Shown piece by piece: positions 39,176 to 49,365 of a stretch of 64,000 nucleotides of DNA. The DNA comes from Aequorivita sp. (lineage in GTDB: Bacteria; Bacteroidota; Bacteroidia; Flavobacteriales; Flavobacteriaceae). Each line of letters begins with the position of its first letter. The stretch's first letter is position 1. The position numbers were made by a program, and so were the translations under genes. The stretch lies in assembly GCA_048265145.1 (NCBI GenBank), contig JBLXCF010000008.1, forward strand, positions 67,570-131,569, in the 5' to 3' direction. The notes below the pieces were generated by a model. That model did not search any database. It was not told the DNA's origin and saw only the letters and a list, made by a program, of their open reading frames with translations.

Positions 39176-40840
39176 ATGAAATTTTCAGACAAGATTCTCT
39201 CCCAAACCCTTGTTCAGCTCTGCTTAAATAAGGGTATAGACCATATCGTCATTTCTCCGGGCTCCCGGAACGCCCCTTTAACCATTGGTTTTTCAGCCAA
39301 CCCGGATTTTAGGTGTTTTAGCGTGGTGGATGAACGTTGTGCCGCATTTTTTGCATTGGGAATTGCCCAACAGTTGCACAGGCCTGTGGCCGTTGTCTGT
39401 ACTTCCGGCTCGGCATTGCTCAATTATTATCCGGCTATTGCGGAAGCATACTATAGCGATATTCCATTGGTTATACTTTCAGCCGATCGCCCCGCAGATT
39501 TTATTGATATTGGCGATGGACAGACCATTCGTCAGGAAAACGTTTTTGCGAACCATATTCTATATAGTGCCAATTGTCTGGAAGGGGAGGAATTTCAGAT
39601 TAAAAATGAAACTGAAATCAATATTGCATTAAACACGGCTATTGAACTGAACGGCCCCGTTCATGTTAATATCCCCTTTTCGGAACCGTTGTATAGAACT
39701 GTGGAGCACCAACAAGTTTGGCCTCAGGAAGTAAAACCTCGCGCGTTGGATGGTGGCGGGGAGCAGCCTTTGGATTCCTTCGTTTCGCAATGGAATGCAA
39801 GCCACCGCAAAATGATTTTGGTTGGCGTGTTGCAACCCAACAGCTTGGAAACCCGTTTTGTTGAACAACTGGCCCAGGACGAAAGCGTTTTGGTATTGAC
39901 AGAAACTACCTCGAACCTTCATAACCCAAATTTTGTGAGCGCTATCGACCAATTGATTGCGCCCATGGATGAAAGTGATTTTAAAAAACTGCAACCAGAA
40001 ATTTTGCTAACCTTTGGAGGTATGGTGGTTTCAAAAAAAATAAAGGCCTTTTTGCGCACATACCCACCCAAGGCGCATTGGCACGTGGATCCCAAAAATG
40101 CATTTGACACTTTTTTTGTGTTGAAACATCACTTTAAAAGTACGTTGAATACGTTCTTTGCTGAATTTCTTCCTAAAACCAGTTCGAAAAATAGCGATTA
40201 CCAAGCCCAATGGCTGGAGGTAAAAAACCGCCGATTGCAGCGACACGCGAGGTACAAACTCGAAATTCCCTATTCAGATTTTATGGTTTTTTGTGAAATT
40301 TTCCACACCCTTCCACAAAATATCCAACTCCAATTGAGCAATAGCGCCACCATTCGTTATGCCCAACTTTTCGAAATTGCACCGTCTATTGAAGTATTCT
40401 GCAACCGCGGGACGAGCGGCATTGACGGTAGCACGAGCACAGCAGTGGGAGCAGCCTATGCCTCAAAATTACCGACCGTTTTGTTGACTGGCGATTTGAG
40501 CTTTTTTTATGACAGCAATGCCTTGTGGAACGACCATATTCCCAAAAACTTCAAGATTATAGTAATCAACAATGGCGGTGGGGGCATATTTAGAATTCTA
40601 CCCGGGCAGAAGAATACCGAGGTTTTTGAGACTTTCTTTGAAACCAAGCATAACCACACGGCAAAGCAATTAGCTGAAATGTACGGTTTTGATTACAAGG
40701 TTGTGAAAACCAAGGATACCTTGGCGCCCACGCTCGGGCAATTTTTCAAAAAGGAAACAAGACCCGCCCTTCTGGAAATTTTCACGCCCTCTTCGGTAAA
40801 TGATGAGGTGCTTCTGAATTACTTCGAATATATTTCATAG
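39176..40840 (+). CDS. menD: SEPHCHC synthase
   Basis: SPGSRNAPL, DERCAAF, CTSGSA, NRGTSGIDG, GDLSFFYD and NNGGGGIF motifs. Confidence 0.95.
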   Translation: MKFSDKILSQTLVQLCLNKGIDHIVISPGSRNAPLTIGFSANPDFRCFSVVDERCAAFFALGIAQQLHRPVAVVCTSGSALLNYYPAIAEAYYSDIPLVILSADRPADFIDIGDGQTIRQENVFANHILYSANCLEGEEFQIKNETEINIALNTAIELNGPVHVNIPFSEPLYRTVEHQQVWPQEVKPRALDGGGEQPLDSFVSQWNASHRKMILVGVLQPNSLETRFVEQLAQDESVLVLTETTSNLHNPNFVSAIDQLIAPMDESDFKKLQPEILLTFGGMVVSKKIKAFLRTYPPKAHWHVDPKNAFDTFFVLKHHFKSTLNTFFAEFLPKTSSKNSDYQAQWLEVKNRRLQRHARYKLEIPYSDFMVFCEIFHTLPQNIQLQLSNSATIRYAQLFEIAPSIEVFCNRGTSGIDGSTSTAVGAAYASKLPTVLLTGDLSFFYDSNALWNDHIPKNFKIIVINNGGGGIFRILPGQKNTEVFETFFETKHNHTAKQLAEMYGFDYKVVKTKDTLAPTLGQFFKKETRPALLEIFTPSSVNDEVLLNYFEYIS

Positions 40841-41239
40841 AAATCCGTGGCCCCAGACCACGGCTTCGTGTAGATTGTCAAATATCCGGAACGGCTTTTT
40901 GCAGAAATTGGATTCCAGTTCTGCGTTTGAGTGTCCCATTTCACTATAGGTAACAATTCCAACGCATTTCAACGAGGGGACCTTATTCAAATATTTGTAA
41001 TCCATGGGTTTTATGGAATAGGAATTTGTCCTATTTGAAATGTAAACGAACGGCTTTGTGCCAACAATGGAAAGTCCTTTCAGCAAAATGGAAAAACCTG
41101 TTTTATAGGAAAGGGTCACTCCTTCAAAAGCTTCAAAAACCACGATATTTCCATAAAAATAGACAATGCCGATCGGGGTGTCCAGAATTTCTTTTAACTG
41201 GAATTCCTGTGGTAACCTATGTGGTGATATTTTTTCCAT
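40835..41239 (-). CDS. Hypothetical protein, STAS/SEC14-like
   Basis: 134-aa ORF, YISNRTNSYS motif, ends F.NL.EA..W. Confidence 0.7.
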   Translation of the reverse strand: MEKISPHRLPQEFQLKEILDTPIGIVYFYGNIVVFEAFEGVTLSYKTGFSILLKGLSIVGTKPFVYISNRTNSYSIKPMDYKYLNKVPSLKCVGIVTYSEMGHSNAELESNFCKKPFRIFDNLHEAVVWGHGFL

Positions 41240-41323
41240 TTCAACGTGAATTTACATTTTAAGTTTGATTTGGATATACGTGTTTTACAAATTTTTTCAC
41301 TTGAAAAGAGTACCTTTGCGGCT

Positions 41324-42154
41324 ATGATAAAACTGGGCGAATTCAATACTTTAGAGATACTTCGGGAAACCGATCCGGGACTCTATCTGGGCGATGGGGA
41401 AGATAATGTGGTCCTGCTGCCACATAAATACAAGCCGGACCACTATGAAATTGGCGATTCCATTTCTGTTTTTGTCTATCTTGATAATGAGGAAAGGCCC
41501 ATTGCTACCACTCTGCAGCCTTATGTTGCTCTAAACTCCTTTGGATACCTCCATTGCAGCGATGTAAACAAACATGGGGCCTTTATGGATTGGGGGCTGG
41601 AAAAGCAACTTTTTGTACCGTTTAAGGAACAGGCCAGACCGATGAAAAAGGGAAGTTGGTACATAGTGTATCTTTATATTGATGAACAAACACAGCGGTT
41701 GGTGGGCAGTAGCAAGACAAACCGTTTTCTTCAAAATGAAAACCTCACCGTTGAACCCTTTCAGGAAGTGGATATTCTTGTAACCCACCTTACCGAAAAG
41801 GGCGCGAATGTGATTGTAAACGGAATCCACAAAGGTTTGATCTATATTGAGGACATTTTTGAGGATATTCGCACCGGCGATACCATGAAGGCTTTTGTGA
41901 AAAAAATCCGCCAGGACAACAAAATTGACATTGTTCTCCAAACTCCCGGCTACAGAAGTATTGAGCCCAATGCAAACTTTATCCGTGAGGAATTGGAAGC
42001 CGCCGGCGGTTTTCTACCGCTTCACGATAAATCCGAGCCCGAGGAAATCAAAAATCTTTTGGGAATGAGCAAGAAAAGTTTCAAAAAAGCAATTGGAACA
42101 CTCTACAAAGACAAGCAAATAACAATAAAGGAAGACGGTATTGAGCTATTGTGA
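41324..42154 (+). CDS. cvfB: CvfB family S1 RNA-binding protein
   Basis: GAFMDWGLEKQLFVPFKEQ and MSKKSFKKAIG motifs; -7 element TACCTTTG at 41311; start re-called at MIKLGE. Confidence 0.88.
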   Translation: MIKLGEFNTLEILRETDPGLYLGDGEDNVVLLPHKYKPDHYEIGDSISVFVYLDNEERPIATTLQPYVALNSFGYLHCSDVNKHGAFMDWGLEKQLFVPFKEQARPMKKGSWYIVYLYIDEQTQRLVGSSKTNRFLQNENLTVEPFQEVDILVTHLTEKGANVIVNGIHKGLIYIEDIFEDIRTGDTMKAFVKKIRQDNKIDIVLQTPGYRSIEPNANFIREELEAAGGFLPLHDKSEPEEIKNLLGMSKKSFKKAIGTLYKDKQITIKEDGIELL

Positions 42155-42634
42155 TGGTGCCGGATAACAATCGCCCCCAAAATTAACATAAAAAGCACTG
42201 CGCCGGGAACCTTGTCGGTAACTTCCATAGTTATAGGGCAGTAGTTCTGGTCTTAAATACCCAAGCGATTCCTTGTAGGCAATATTTTTAACAGATGTCG
42301 CACCATCAGCGGAATAGCTGCTATTGCCTCCATAAATACCATATTCACGGGGATCAAGGGAAATTTGAATATTGGTTGGAATGTAACTTTCATTCTTGAC
42401 CATGGCTTCAAACATACTTACCGGTTCACGATAATTACTTTTGTCCATTTTAAATGACGGCAATTTGTTTAAACCTTTCTTGTCAAAAGAGGTATTTACG
42501 GGCAGAGAGGTACTCAGTAAGCTCTCAATTTCGGGTAGGCTAACAAAATCCAATTTATATTTATTGGACTCAAAATCCAACTGTGCATTGGATAGAAGCG
42601 GAAGTAAAAAAAGAAGATAGATCAGTTTTTTCAT
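42146..42634 (-). CDS. Secreted hypothetical protein
   Basis: MKKLIYLLFLLPLLSNA signal peptide; minus-strand TACCTTTG at 42640-42647. Confidence 0.75.
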   Translation of the reverse strand: MKKLIYLLFLLPLLSNAQLDFESNKYKLDFVSLPEIESLLSTSLPVNTSFDKKGLNKLPSFKMDKSNYREPVSMFEAMVKNESYIPTNIQISLDPREYGIYGGNSSYSADGATSVKNIAYKESLGYLRPELLPYNYGSYRQGSRRSAFYVNFGGDCYPAPSQ

Positions 42635-42708
42635 CAGCGCAAAGGTAACAAAAGTCGAGCCAACTTGGAAACTACCCGCTGTGCAAAAATCCACATTGAA
42701 ATTCTGTT

Positions 42709-43827
42709 TTAAAGCCTGAGTTTTTCTGTAGTTTTTTTAGGTAGCGCGTCCTTGTGCAGGGTAACGCTTATGGCCTTCAACCGCATATATGCCTCACTGA
42801 AATACACGTATCCGCCATAGGCAACCTTGTTTTCATCGGCGCCCCAGCTGTTTTTTACCTTGTAATATTTCGTTCCGTTTTGGTCGCGCAGCATTCCGGT
42901 AATGTGCATCAAATGATCATCGGTGGTGGCATAATTTTCGAACTCCTGTTGGCGGTATTCCTGCGTTATCTTTTTTTCGGGATATATGCCCTGCAATGCC
43001 TTAATATTGTTTTCGGCATTTTCCGGAATAATGGCCACTCCATCTTTAGCCGAAAATGACTTTTCGCTCACGTCGCAGTCCAGTTCCACCGTAAATCCTT
43101 TTTCCAAGGCATTGTCGATAGTTGCCATCAATTCATCCAAAGGAAGATTGTAAAAACTTCCATTGCTCCAATTGTCGGGAATGTTCAAAATAAATTCCGA
43201 ATAAAACGGAGCTTGTGTAAAGCTGGTGATGTTCACGTAATCCTCAGGTTTTATTTTCGTCATTGCCAAAAAGGATTTTGGTGTGTATTGCTTACCTTCA
43301 AACGTGAAATTTGTTATGTTTTTTCCAATATACACATCCAGAACGCCTTCAATCACTTGTTTCCAGTGTGGACTCAATCTTCGACCGGGATTGTCGATAT
43401 AGGTTTTCAACATTGCTTCCAAAACGGCAACCATCTCGGCGTGGTTGTGGATTTCTTGGCCTGTTGAAAGCCCGCTGAAGGCCTCCACTGGCACAAGACC
43501 GTTTTTTGAAACGGAATTCATCACGTCGTGGGCAAGGCCGCCCTCGCTGAACTGTGCCTTTCCCTGTCGCATCACAAAGTTTTCAGCTTTCACCGGATAC
43601 GTGTTGCGGACTTGGTACATTTCGCTCAAGTCGATTTTCCTTCCCGTAAGCCGGATAATTTCACTCTCCAAAAAGGAGGTGCTGCTATAGCTCCAGCAGG
43701 TGCCGGTAACGCCCTGGCTTATAACCGGCGTGGCTTCCAAATCTGTAATGGTGGTAAATTTATAGGCTTCTTGGGCGGATAGGTTGAGGGTGAAAAGTAT
43801 GCCGAGGGAAAAAAGTAAATGTTTCAT
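42709..43827 (-). CDS. pepC: Aminopeptidase C (C1B, bleomycin-hydrolase family)
   Basis: QG.TGTCWS catalytic Cys, DDHLMHITG His and VKNSWG Asn; signal peptide. Confidence 0.88.
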   Translation of the reverse strand: MKHLLFSLGILFTLNLSAQEAYKFTTITDLEATPVISQGVTGTCWSYSSTSFLESEIIRLTGRKIDLSEMYQVRNTYPVKAENFVMRQGKAQFSEGGLAHDVMNSVSKNGLVPVEAFSGLSTGQEIHNHAEMVAVLEAMLKTYIDNPGRRLSPHWKQVIEGVLDVYIGKNITNFTFEGKQYTPKSFLAMTKIKPEDYVNITSFTQAPFYSEFILNIPDNWSNGSFYNLPLDELMATIDNALEKGFTVELDCDVSEKSFSAKDGVAIIPENAENNIKALQGIYPEKKITQEYRQQEFENYATTDDHLMHITGMLRDQNGTKYYKVKNSWGADENKVAYGGYVYFSEAYMRLKAISVTLHKDALPKKTTEKLRL

Positions 43828-43832
43828 TTCTT

Positions 43833-43907
43833 GTGTCAGGTCGAGCGCAGTCGAGCCCTTTTCAATTTACAAAGTTGAAGTACCTCTCGACTGCGCTCGA
43901 GGGGACA
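43833..43907. repeat. REP/REPIN-like inverted repeat
   Basis: TCGAGCGCAGTCGAG (43841-43855) and its perfect reverse complement (43886-43900), extended by TGTC/GACA and an inner TTCAA/TTGAA pair. Confidence 0.85.
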
Positions 43908-43956
43908 TTCGTTCTTTAATGGTGGGATTTCATATATTTACGCTAAAATAAGAAAT

Positions 43957-44796
43957 ATGAATCCAATCCATTGGAAAACCGCCAAAGAATATACCGATAT
44001 AACCTATAAAAAATCAAACGGGGTGGCGCGAATTGCCTTTAATCGCCCCGATGTTCGCAATGCCTTTCGCCCGAAAACTACTTCCGAATTGCTCGATGCC
44101 TTTCACGATGCGCAGGAAGATACTGCTATTGGCGTGGTACTTCTTTCTGCTGAAGGGCCTTCCAGCAAGGATGGTATTTATAGCTTTTGCAGCGGCGGCG
44201 ACCAAAAGGCTCGCGGCCATCAAGGCTATGTTGGCGATGATGGCTACCACCGGTTGAATATTCTTGATGTGCAACGCCTCATCCGTTTTATGCCGAAAGC
44301 CGTTATCTGTGTGGTTCCCGGGTGGGCCGTGGGCGGCGGGCACAGCCTGCACGTAGTTTGCGATTTGACCCTGGCAAGCAAGGAACACGCCATTTTCAAA
44401 CAGACCGATGCCGATGTTACCAGTTTTGACGGTGGCTACGGAAGCGCCTATCTCGCCAAAATGGTAGGGCAGAAGAAAGCACGCGAGATCTTTTTCCTCG
44501 GAAGAAATTACAGTGCACAGGAGGCTTTTGAAATGGGAATGGTGAATGCCGTAATTCCGCACGATGAGTTGGAGGATACTGCATACCAATGGGCGCAGGA
44601 AATTTTGGCAAAAAGCCCCACGTCCATTAAAATGCTGAAATTCGCTATGAACCTTACCGATGACGGAATGGTGGGCCAACAGGTTTTTGCCGGTGAGGCT
44701 ACGCGATTGGCCTATATGACTGAAGAAGCCAAGGAAGGCCGCGATGCCTTTTTGGAAAAGCGGAAGCCCAATTTCCAAAAAAAATGGTTGCCGTAG
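43957..44796 (+). CDS. menB: 1,4-dihydroxy-2-naphthoyl-CoA synthase
   Basis: FCSGGDQ, GWAVGGGHSL and SFDGGYG motifs. Confidence 0.97.
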   Translation: MNPIHWKTAKEYTDITYKKSNGVARIAFNRPDVRNAFRPKTTSELLDAFHDAQEDTAIGVVLLSAEGPSSKDGIYSFCSGGDQKARGHQGYVGDDGYHRLNILDVQRLIRFMPKAVICVVPGWAVGGGHSLHVVCDLTLASKEHAIFKQTDADVTSFDGGYGSAYLAKMVGQKKAREIFFLGRNYSAQEAFEMGMVNAVIPHDELEDTAYQWAQEILAKSPTSIKMLKFAMNLTDDGMVGQQVFAGEATRLAYMTEEAKEGRDAFLEKRKPNFQKKWLP

Positions 44797-44842
44797 TTTA
44801 ATTTGAACAGCCGGTATTTTTGATTCTAATAGCTCGTATGTC

Positions 44843-45715
44843 ATGAAAAAATCATCCAAACTTCGCGATATCTGGTATTCCCTATCCGCAAACCAGCGTT
44901 TTTTTATCAGAAGGCTATATTATTTGCCCAAGGACACGGTGGACTCAATTAGTGGAAGACGCCATAAATATGTACCTCCGCGCGGCTATATTTATACGGG
45001 CTCCCCTGCGAGCGCCCAGGATTTTTTAGGCCAAAGCCAACACCAGCTGCAATTGCTGAAGGAGTTCGCAGGACTAAAACCACACCACCATATTTTGGAT
45101 ATCGGCAGTGGCATTGGCAGGACTGCCATCGCCCTGACCGATTATATGGATGAAACCGGGAGCTATCAAGGTTTCGATGTGGTTGAAAGGGGCGTGCAAT
45201 GGTGCAATTCGCGGATTGGGAAAGATTTTAAAAATTTCACTTTTAAATATATTCCGCTCTTTAATGACCTATATAATACTGCAACTCTCAAAGCTTCCGA
45301 ATTTATTTTTCCATATACCGATAGTTCCATAGATGTGGCTTTCTCGTTTTCGGTATTTACCCATATGCAGCTTGATGAAATCCAGCACTATTTCAAACAG
45401 ATCCATCGCATCTTGAAACCGGGAGGGGTATGCCTATCCACTTTCTTTTTGTATGATGATGCCTCCGAGGCCTTCATTTCCGGAAATAGGGATTTCAGTT
45501 TTCCTGTAAAAAAGGAGGGCTATCGCTTAATGAACGATACTGTGAAATCAGGAAACATTGCCATCCATAAAAACAAACATTTCCAAATGTTGAGTGCGGC
45601 CAAATTTGAAGAGGTTAAAATTATTGATGGATTTTGGAAGGATGAAGTACGCGATTCAGCAAAAACCGAATATCAGGATGTCGTAGTTTTAAGGAAAAAC
45701 AGTAACGAGAATTGA
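44843..45715 (+). CDS. Class I SAM-dependent methyltransferase
   Basis: ILDIGSGIGR and SFSVFTH motifs. Confidence 0.88.
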   Translation: MKKSSKLRDIWYSLSANQRFFIRRLYYLPKDTVDSISGRRHKYVPPRGYIYTGSPASAQDFLGQSQHQLQLLKEFAGLKPHHHILDIGSGIGRTAIALTDYMDETGSYQGFDVVERGVQWCNSRIGKDFKNFTFKYIPLFNDLYNTATLKASEFIFPYTDSSIDVAFSFSVFTHMQLDEIQHYFKQIHRILKPGGVCLSTFFLYDDASEAFISGNRDFSFPVKKEGYRLMNDTVKSGNIAIHKNKHFQMLSAAKFEEVKIIDGFWKDEVRDSAKTEYQDVVVLRKNSNEN

Positions 45716-45933
45716 TAAAACGAAAACGGTAGGGTAACACTCAAAAACCAAATAGGACATTGGAAGGGATCAAACAAAGGATTGTATTGGGAAAGTTTTT
45801 CTGAGAAATTTCTGCACAAATTGTTTCGGCTTCACGAAAAAGTCCGTTATTTTTTGGTTTGTGGACCCGATTGGTCAAAATAAACAACCAACTCTTCTGG
45901 ATACCTAAAAACGTAGGCCCTTCATTTCAATAC

Positions 45934-46932
45934 TTAATCTCCCCCATAAACCAATTCAATAAAATCAATTTTTGGAATGTCGCCAAAATATTCTTTTATC
46001 TCAATATCCTTGAGCAATTCGGAAATGTCTTCTTTTTCGTATCGGGCGCCTTCCAAGAGTTTTTCTAGCTTTTCCACAGGTTCTTTTCCGAAGAAATCGC
46101 CGTAGATTTTGAATTCCTTAATATGCCCTTTTTCAACAAAAATGCGAAGATCTATTTCGCCCACTGCGAATCGTTTGGTGCGTTGGATGTTGAATTTTGG
46201 CGACTTGCCAAAATTCCAGTCCCAAGTGCCGTATTTCTCTTCTTTCAATTCGTGGACAGCTTTCCATTCCTCAGGCGTTAAATGATAGCTCTCAAACGGT
46301 TCGCTTTCCTCGTATAATCCTTCCAAAAGAAGCGACCGAAATTCTTCGATGCTCTTGTTTTTTTTTAAAAATTCAGAAATATTGGCAACACGGCTCCGCA
46401 CGGATTTGTGCCCTTTGCTTTCAATTTTGCTCATTTTTACGTTTAGGGCATTCACAACTTCGCCCAAATCCGTATCAAACAAAAGTGTGCCGTGGCTTAC
46501 CATTCGCTTTCCGGTTGAAAACTGCGCCGTACCCGAGATTTTCCTTTCATCCACCTGAATATCGTTGCGGCCCTTTAGTTCCGCATTCAGGCCCAAACTG
46601 TTCAAAACTTTTATTACGGGCGCGGTAAACTTTTTAAAATTGTTCAAACTTTTCACGTCGTGATTGGTGATAAAGCTGAAATTGAGGTTCCCGAAATCGT
46701 GATAAACAGCACCACCGCCGGAAATTCTTCGCACTACGTGAATATTGTTCTGTTCAATATATTCGTGGTTTATTTCCTCCAAGGTGTTTTGGTTGCGACC
46801 AATAATGATGGAAGGCTCGTTGATGTAAAACAACAAATAGTCGTTCTCCGCGCTAAAATTGCGCAGGGCATATTCTTCGAGTGCAAGGTTGAGGCGAGGA
46901 TTGGTGTTGCCTTCATTTTCTATAAAAATCAT
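45934..46932 (-). CDS. lplA: Lipoate-protein ligase A
   Basis: NLALEEY, IIGRNQN, RR.SGGGAVYHD, GRND, KISG.AQ and HGTLL motifs; start re-called at MIFIEN; -7 element at 46951-46958. Confidence 0.93.
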   Translation of the reverse strand: MIFIENEGNTNPRLNLALEEYALRNFSAENDYLLFYINEPSIIIGRNQNTLEEINHEYIEQNNIHVVRRISGGGAVYHDFGNLNFSFITNHDVKSLNNFKKFTAPVIKVLNSLGLNAELKGRNDIQVDERKISGTAQFSTGKRMVSHGTLLFDTDLGEVVNALNVKMSKIESKGHKSVRSRVANISEFLKKNKSIEEFRSLLLEGLYEESEPFESYHLTPEEWKAVHELKEEKYGTWDWNFGKSPKFNIQRTKRFAVGEIDLRIFVEKGHIKEFKIYGDFFGKEPVEKLEKLLEGARYEKEDISELLKDIEIKEYFGDIPKIDFIELVYGGD

Positions 46933-46979
46933 GCTGTAACCTATTTTTTGCAAAGATAAATAATACTTTTTCGGGAGCC

Positions 46980-47021
46980 ATTGATTGAAATTTGGAATTT
47001 GTGATTTCGAGATTATAATTT
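46980..47021 (+). repeat. Degenerate heptamer tract (NNNATTT)
   Basis: GAAATTT GGAATTT GTGATTT CGAGATT ATAATTT. Confidence 0.5.
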
Positions 47022-47064
47022 GAAAAGTTTTCATTTTCGATTTAACACCTATCTTTACGTCCAT

Positions 47065-48624
47065 ATGAGCAGACTGGTCCAAATAGCCGTGTTGCCGAGC
47101 CAACAAGAGGATTTCAACTTCATTCTTCAGCTTTCGCTTCAGAAGGAAAATCTTCGGAGGGAACAGATTGCCGATTGGCGTATCCGAAAACGTTCTATTG
47201 ATGCACGCCGGAAACCCATAAAAATAAATCTGCAGATTGAATTATGGATGCAAGGTGAAAAACGGGAGTGTATATCGCCGTTTATTCCGAAAAATGTAGC
47301 CTCCGCGAAACCCATTGCAATCATTGGCGCCGGTCCAGCTGGACTTTATGCAGCCTTGCGCGCTGTGGAGGCGGGACTGAAACCCATAGTTTTTGAACGC
47401 GGAAAGGACGTCCGCGAGCGCAGGAGGGATCTAGCGGCAATCAATAAAGACCAAATCGTAAACCCGGAAAGCAATTATTGTTTTGGCGAGGGCGGCGCTG
47501 GAACCTATTCCGACGGAAAACTTTACACACGTTCAAAAAAGCGGGGCAATGTGCTGAAGGCCTTGGAATGGTTTGTGCACTTTGGCGCCGATGAAAATAT
47601 ATTGGTTGATGCGCATCCGCATATTGGCACCAATAAACTGCCCAAAATAATTACCGCAATGCGCGAGGCTATTATTGAAAATGGAGGGGAAGTACATTTC
47701 AATTCAAAATTGACCGATTTAAAGCTGAAAGCGAAGGTTATTGAAGCCATTCAAATAAACAAGGAAAAATGGTTTGGGTTTGATAATGTAATTCTCGCCA
47801 CTGGCCATTCCGCACGGGATATTTTCTATTTGCTTCACGAAAAACATATTAAGATTGAAGCCAAACCGTTTGCCATTGGGGTTCGGGTGGAGCACCAACA
47901 GGAACTTATCGATTATATTCAATATCACGGCGAGGTGGACAATCCATTTTTGCCACCGGCCAGTTATGCCTTGGTGGAGCAGGTGGATGGATTGGGCGTA
48001 TATTCTTTCTGTATGTGTCCCGGCGGAATAATAGCGCCCTGCGCCACCGAGCAGGAAGAGGTGGTTACCAACGGATGGAGCCCAAGCAAGCGCAACAATC
48101 CGTATGCAAACAGCGGTATTGTGGTGAGTGTGGAACCGAAGGATTTGCCAAACTATAAAAAAGACGATCCTTTTGTATGCTTAAATTTTCAGAAGGAAGT
48201 GGAAAAGCGATGTTGGGAAGCAGGAGGGAAGACCCAAAAAGTACCTGCCCAACGGATGATTGATTTTGTGGAGGGAAAGGTTTCAAAGGATTTCCCGAAG
48301 ACTTCGTATCAGCCTGGCATTGTTTCGGCAGACCTAAATGAAATTTTGCCCCCTTTGCTTGCGTCACGATTGAAAAAGGCGTTTGTGGCTTTCGGAAAAA
48401 AGATGAAAGGATATTACACAAATCAAGCTGTGTTGCACGCCCCGGAAAGCCGTACCTCCTCACCTATTTCCATTCCACGGAACTCTGAAACGCTCGAACA
48501 TATCGAAATAAAAGGCTTATATCCTTGCGGTGAAGGTGCTGGTTATGCAGGCGGTATTATTTCCGCAGCGATTGATGGGATTAATTGTGTTGATGCGATT
48601 GTTCTGAAAAATGCTTTAGGATAG
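47065..48624 (+). CDS. NAD(P)/FAD-dependent oxidoreductase
   Basis: IIGAGPAGL, GEGGAGTYSDGKL, ATGHSARD, FCMCPGG and GEGAGYAGGI motifs; start re-called at MSRLV. Confidence 0.88.
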   Translation: MSRLVQIAVLPSQQEDFNFILQLSLQKENLRREQIADWRIRKRSIDARRKPIKINLQIELWMQGEKRECISPFIPKNVASAKPIAIIGAGPAGLYAALRAVEAGLKPIVFERGKDVRERRRDLAAINKDQIVNPESNYCFGEGGAGTYSDGKLYTRSKKRGNVLKALEWFVHFGADENILVDAHPHIGTNKLPKIITAMREAIIENGGEVHFNSKLTDLKLKAKVIEAIQINKEKWFGFDNVILATGHSARDIFYLLHEKHIKIEAKPFAIGVRVEHQQELIDYIQYHGEVDNPFLPPASYALVEQVDGLGVYSFCMCPGGIIAPCATEQEEVVTNGWSPSKRNNPYANSGIVVSVEPKDLPNYKKDDPFVCLNFQKEVEKRCWEAGGKTQKVPAQRMIDFVEGKVSKDFPKTSYQPGIVSADLNEILPPLLASRLKKAFVAFGKKMKGYYTNQAVLHAPESRTSSPISIPRNSETLEHIEIKGLYPCGEGAGYAGGIISAAIDGINCVDAIVLKNALG

Positions 48625-48682
48625 AAGCTTTAAGCAATAAGCTTGTACATTTTATATTTGCCTACAGCCTACAGCCTAAAGC
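48613..48682. repeat. Complementary heptamer tracts forming an imperfect hairpin
   Basis: GCTTTAGG...(NNNAAGC)n on the left and (GCCTACA)2 GCCTAAAGC on the right. Confidence 0.55.
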
Positions 48683-48732
48683 AAAAAAAAACCACCTCTC
48701 GGCAGTCTTTTTTTTAAAAATATATTTTAGAA

Positions 48733-49161
48733 TTACTTAATTTCTAGTAATTCAAGTTCAAAGGTCAGGTCTTGACCGGCCAATGGATGGTTGGCATCAA
48801 CGATGATAAAACCGTCTTTTACATCGGCAACGCGCAATTGACGCTCACTACCATCTGGATTTTTGGAAACTAGTCCCATACCTACTTCTGGTTTTATATC
48901 CTGTGGCAAGTTCTCACTTGGTATTTTTTGAAAAAGTTCTTTTTGAACTTCGCCGTAAGCTTCTTCTTTAGGAATGGTAATGGTTTTCTTTTCGTTTTCC
49001 TTCATATTTACCAATCCTTTTTCAAAACCAGGAATTAAACGGCCTTCCCCCAGTTTTACCTCCAATGGTTCTCGCTCTAGGGAACTGTCGAACACTTGTC
49101 CGTTGTTCAATTTTCCTGTGTAGTGAAGTTTTACGGTTTCATTTCCTTGTACTTGACTCAT
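48733..49161 (-). CDS. slyD: FKBP-type peptidyl-prolyl isomerase (SlyD-like)
   Basis: HYTGKL..G.VFDSS, LIPGFE and DANHPLAG motifs. Confidence 0.9.
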   Translation of the reverse strand: MSQVQGNETVKLHYTGKLNNGQVFDSSLEREPLEVKLGEGRLIPGFEKGLVNMKENEKKTITIPKEEAYGEVQKELFQKIPSENLPQDIKPEVGMGLVSKNPDGSERQLRVADVKDGFIIVDANHPLAGQDLTFELELLEIK

Positions 49162-49365
49162 AATTTTGTTTTTTCAATTATTGTTCAATAAGGGGGCAAA
49201 ACTATGGGTTTGCATTGCCAATTCCACAGAAGAGAACCATTAATCCTGAGATTTATGGAAATATTAACGGATTTACCCTTGAATATAAGAGGTGGTGTGG
49301 GATAATGAAGAGAACTGATTTAAAATTTGTAAATTTAGTTTTTACACTACATCAGTAATTAAGCA

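Noticed and set aside
45716-45885. Open frame NENGRVTLKNQIGHWKG...PDWSK after the methyltransferase
   Set aside because: No convincing start codon after the upstream stop, and no recognisable family.
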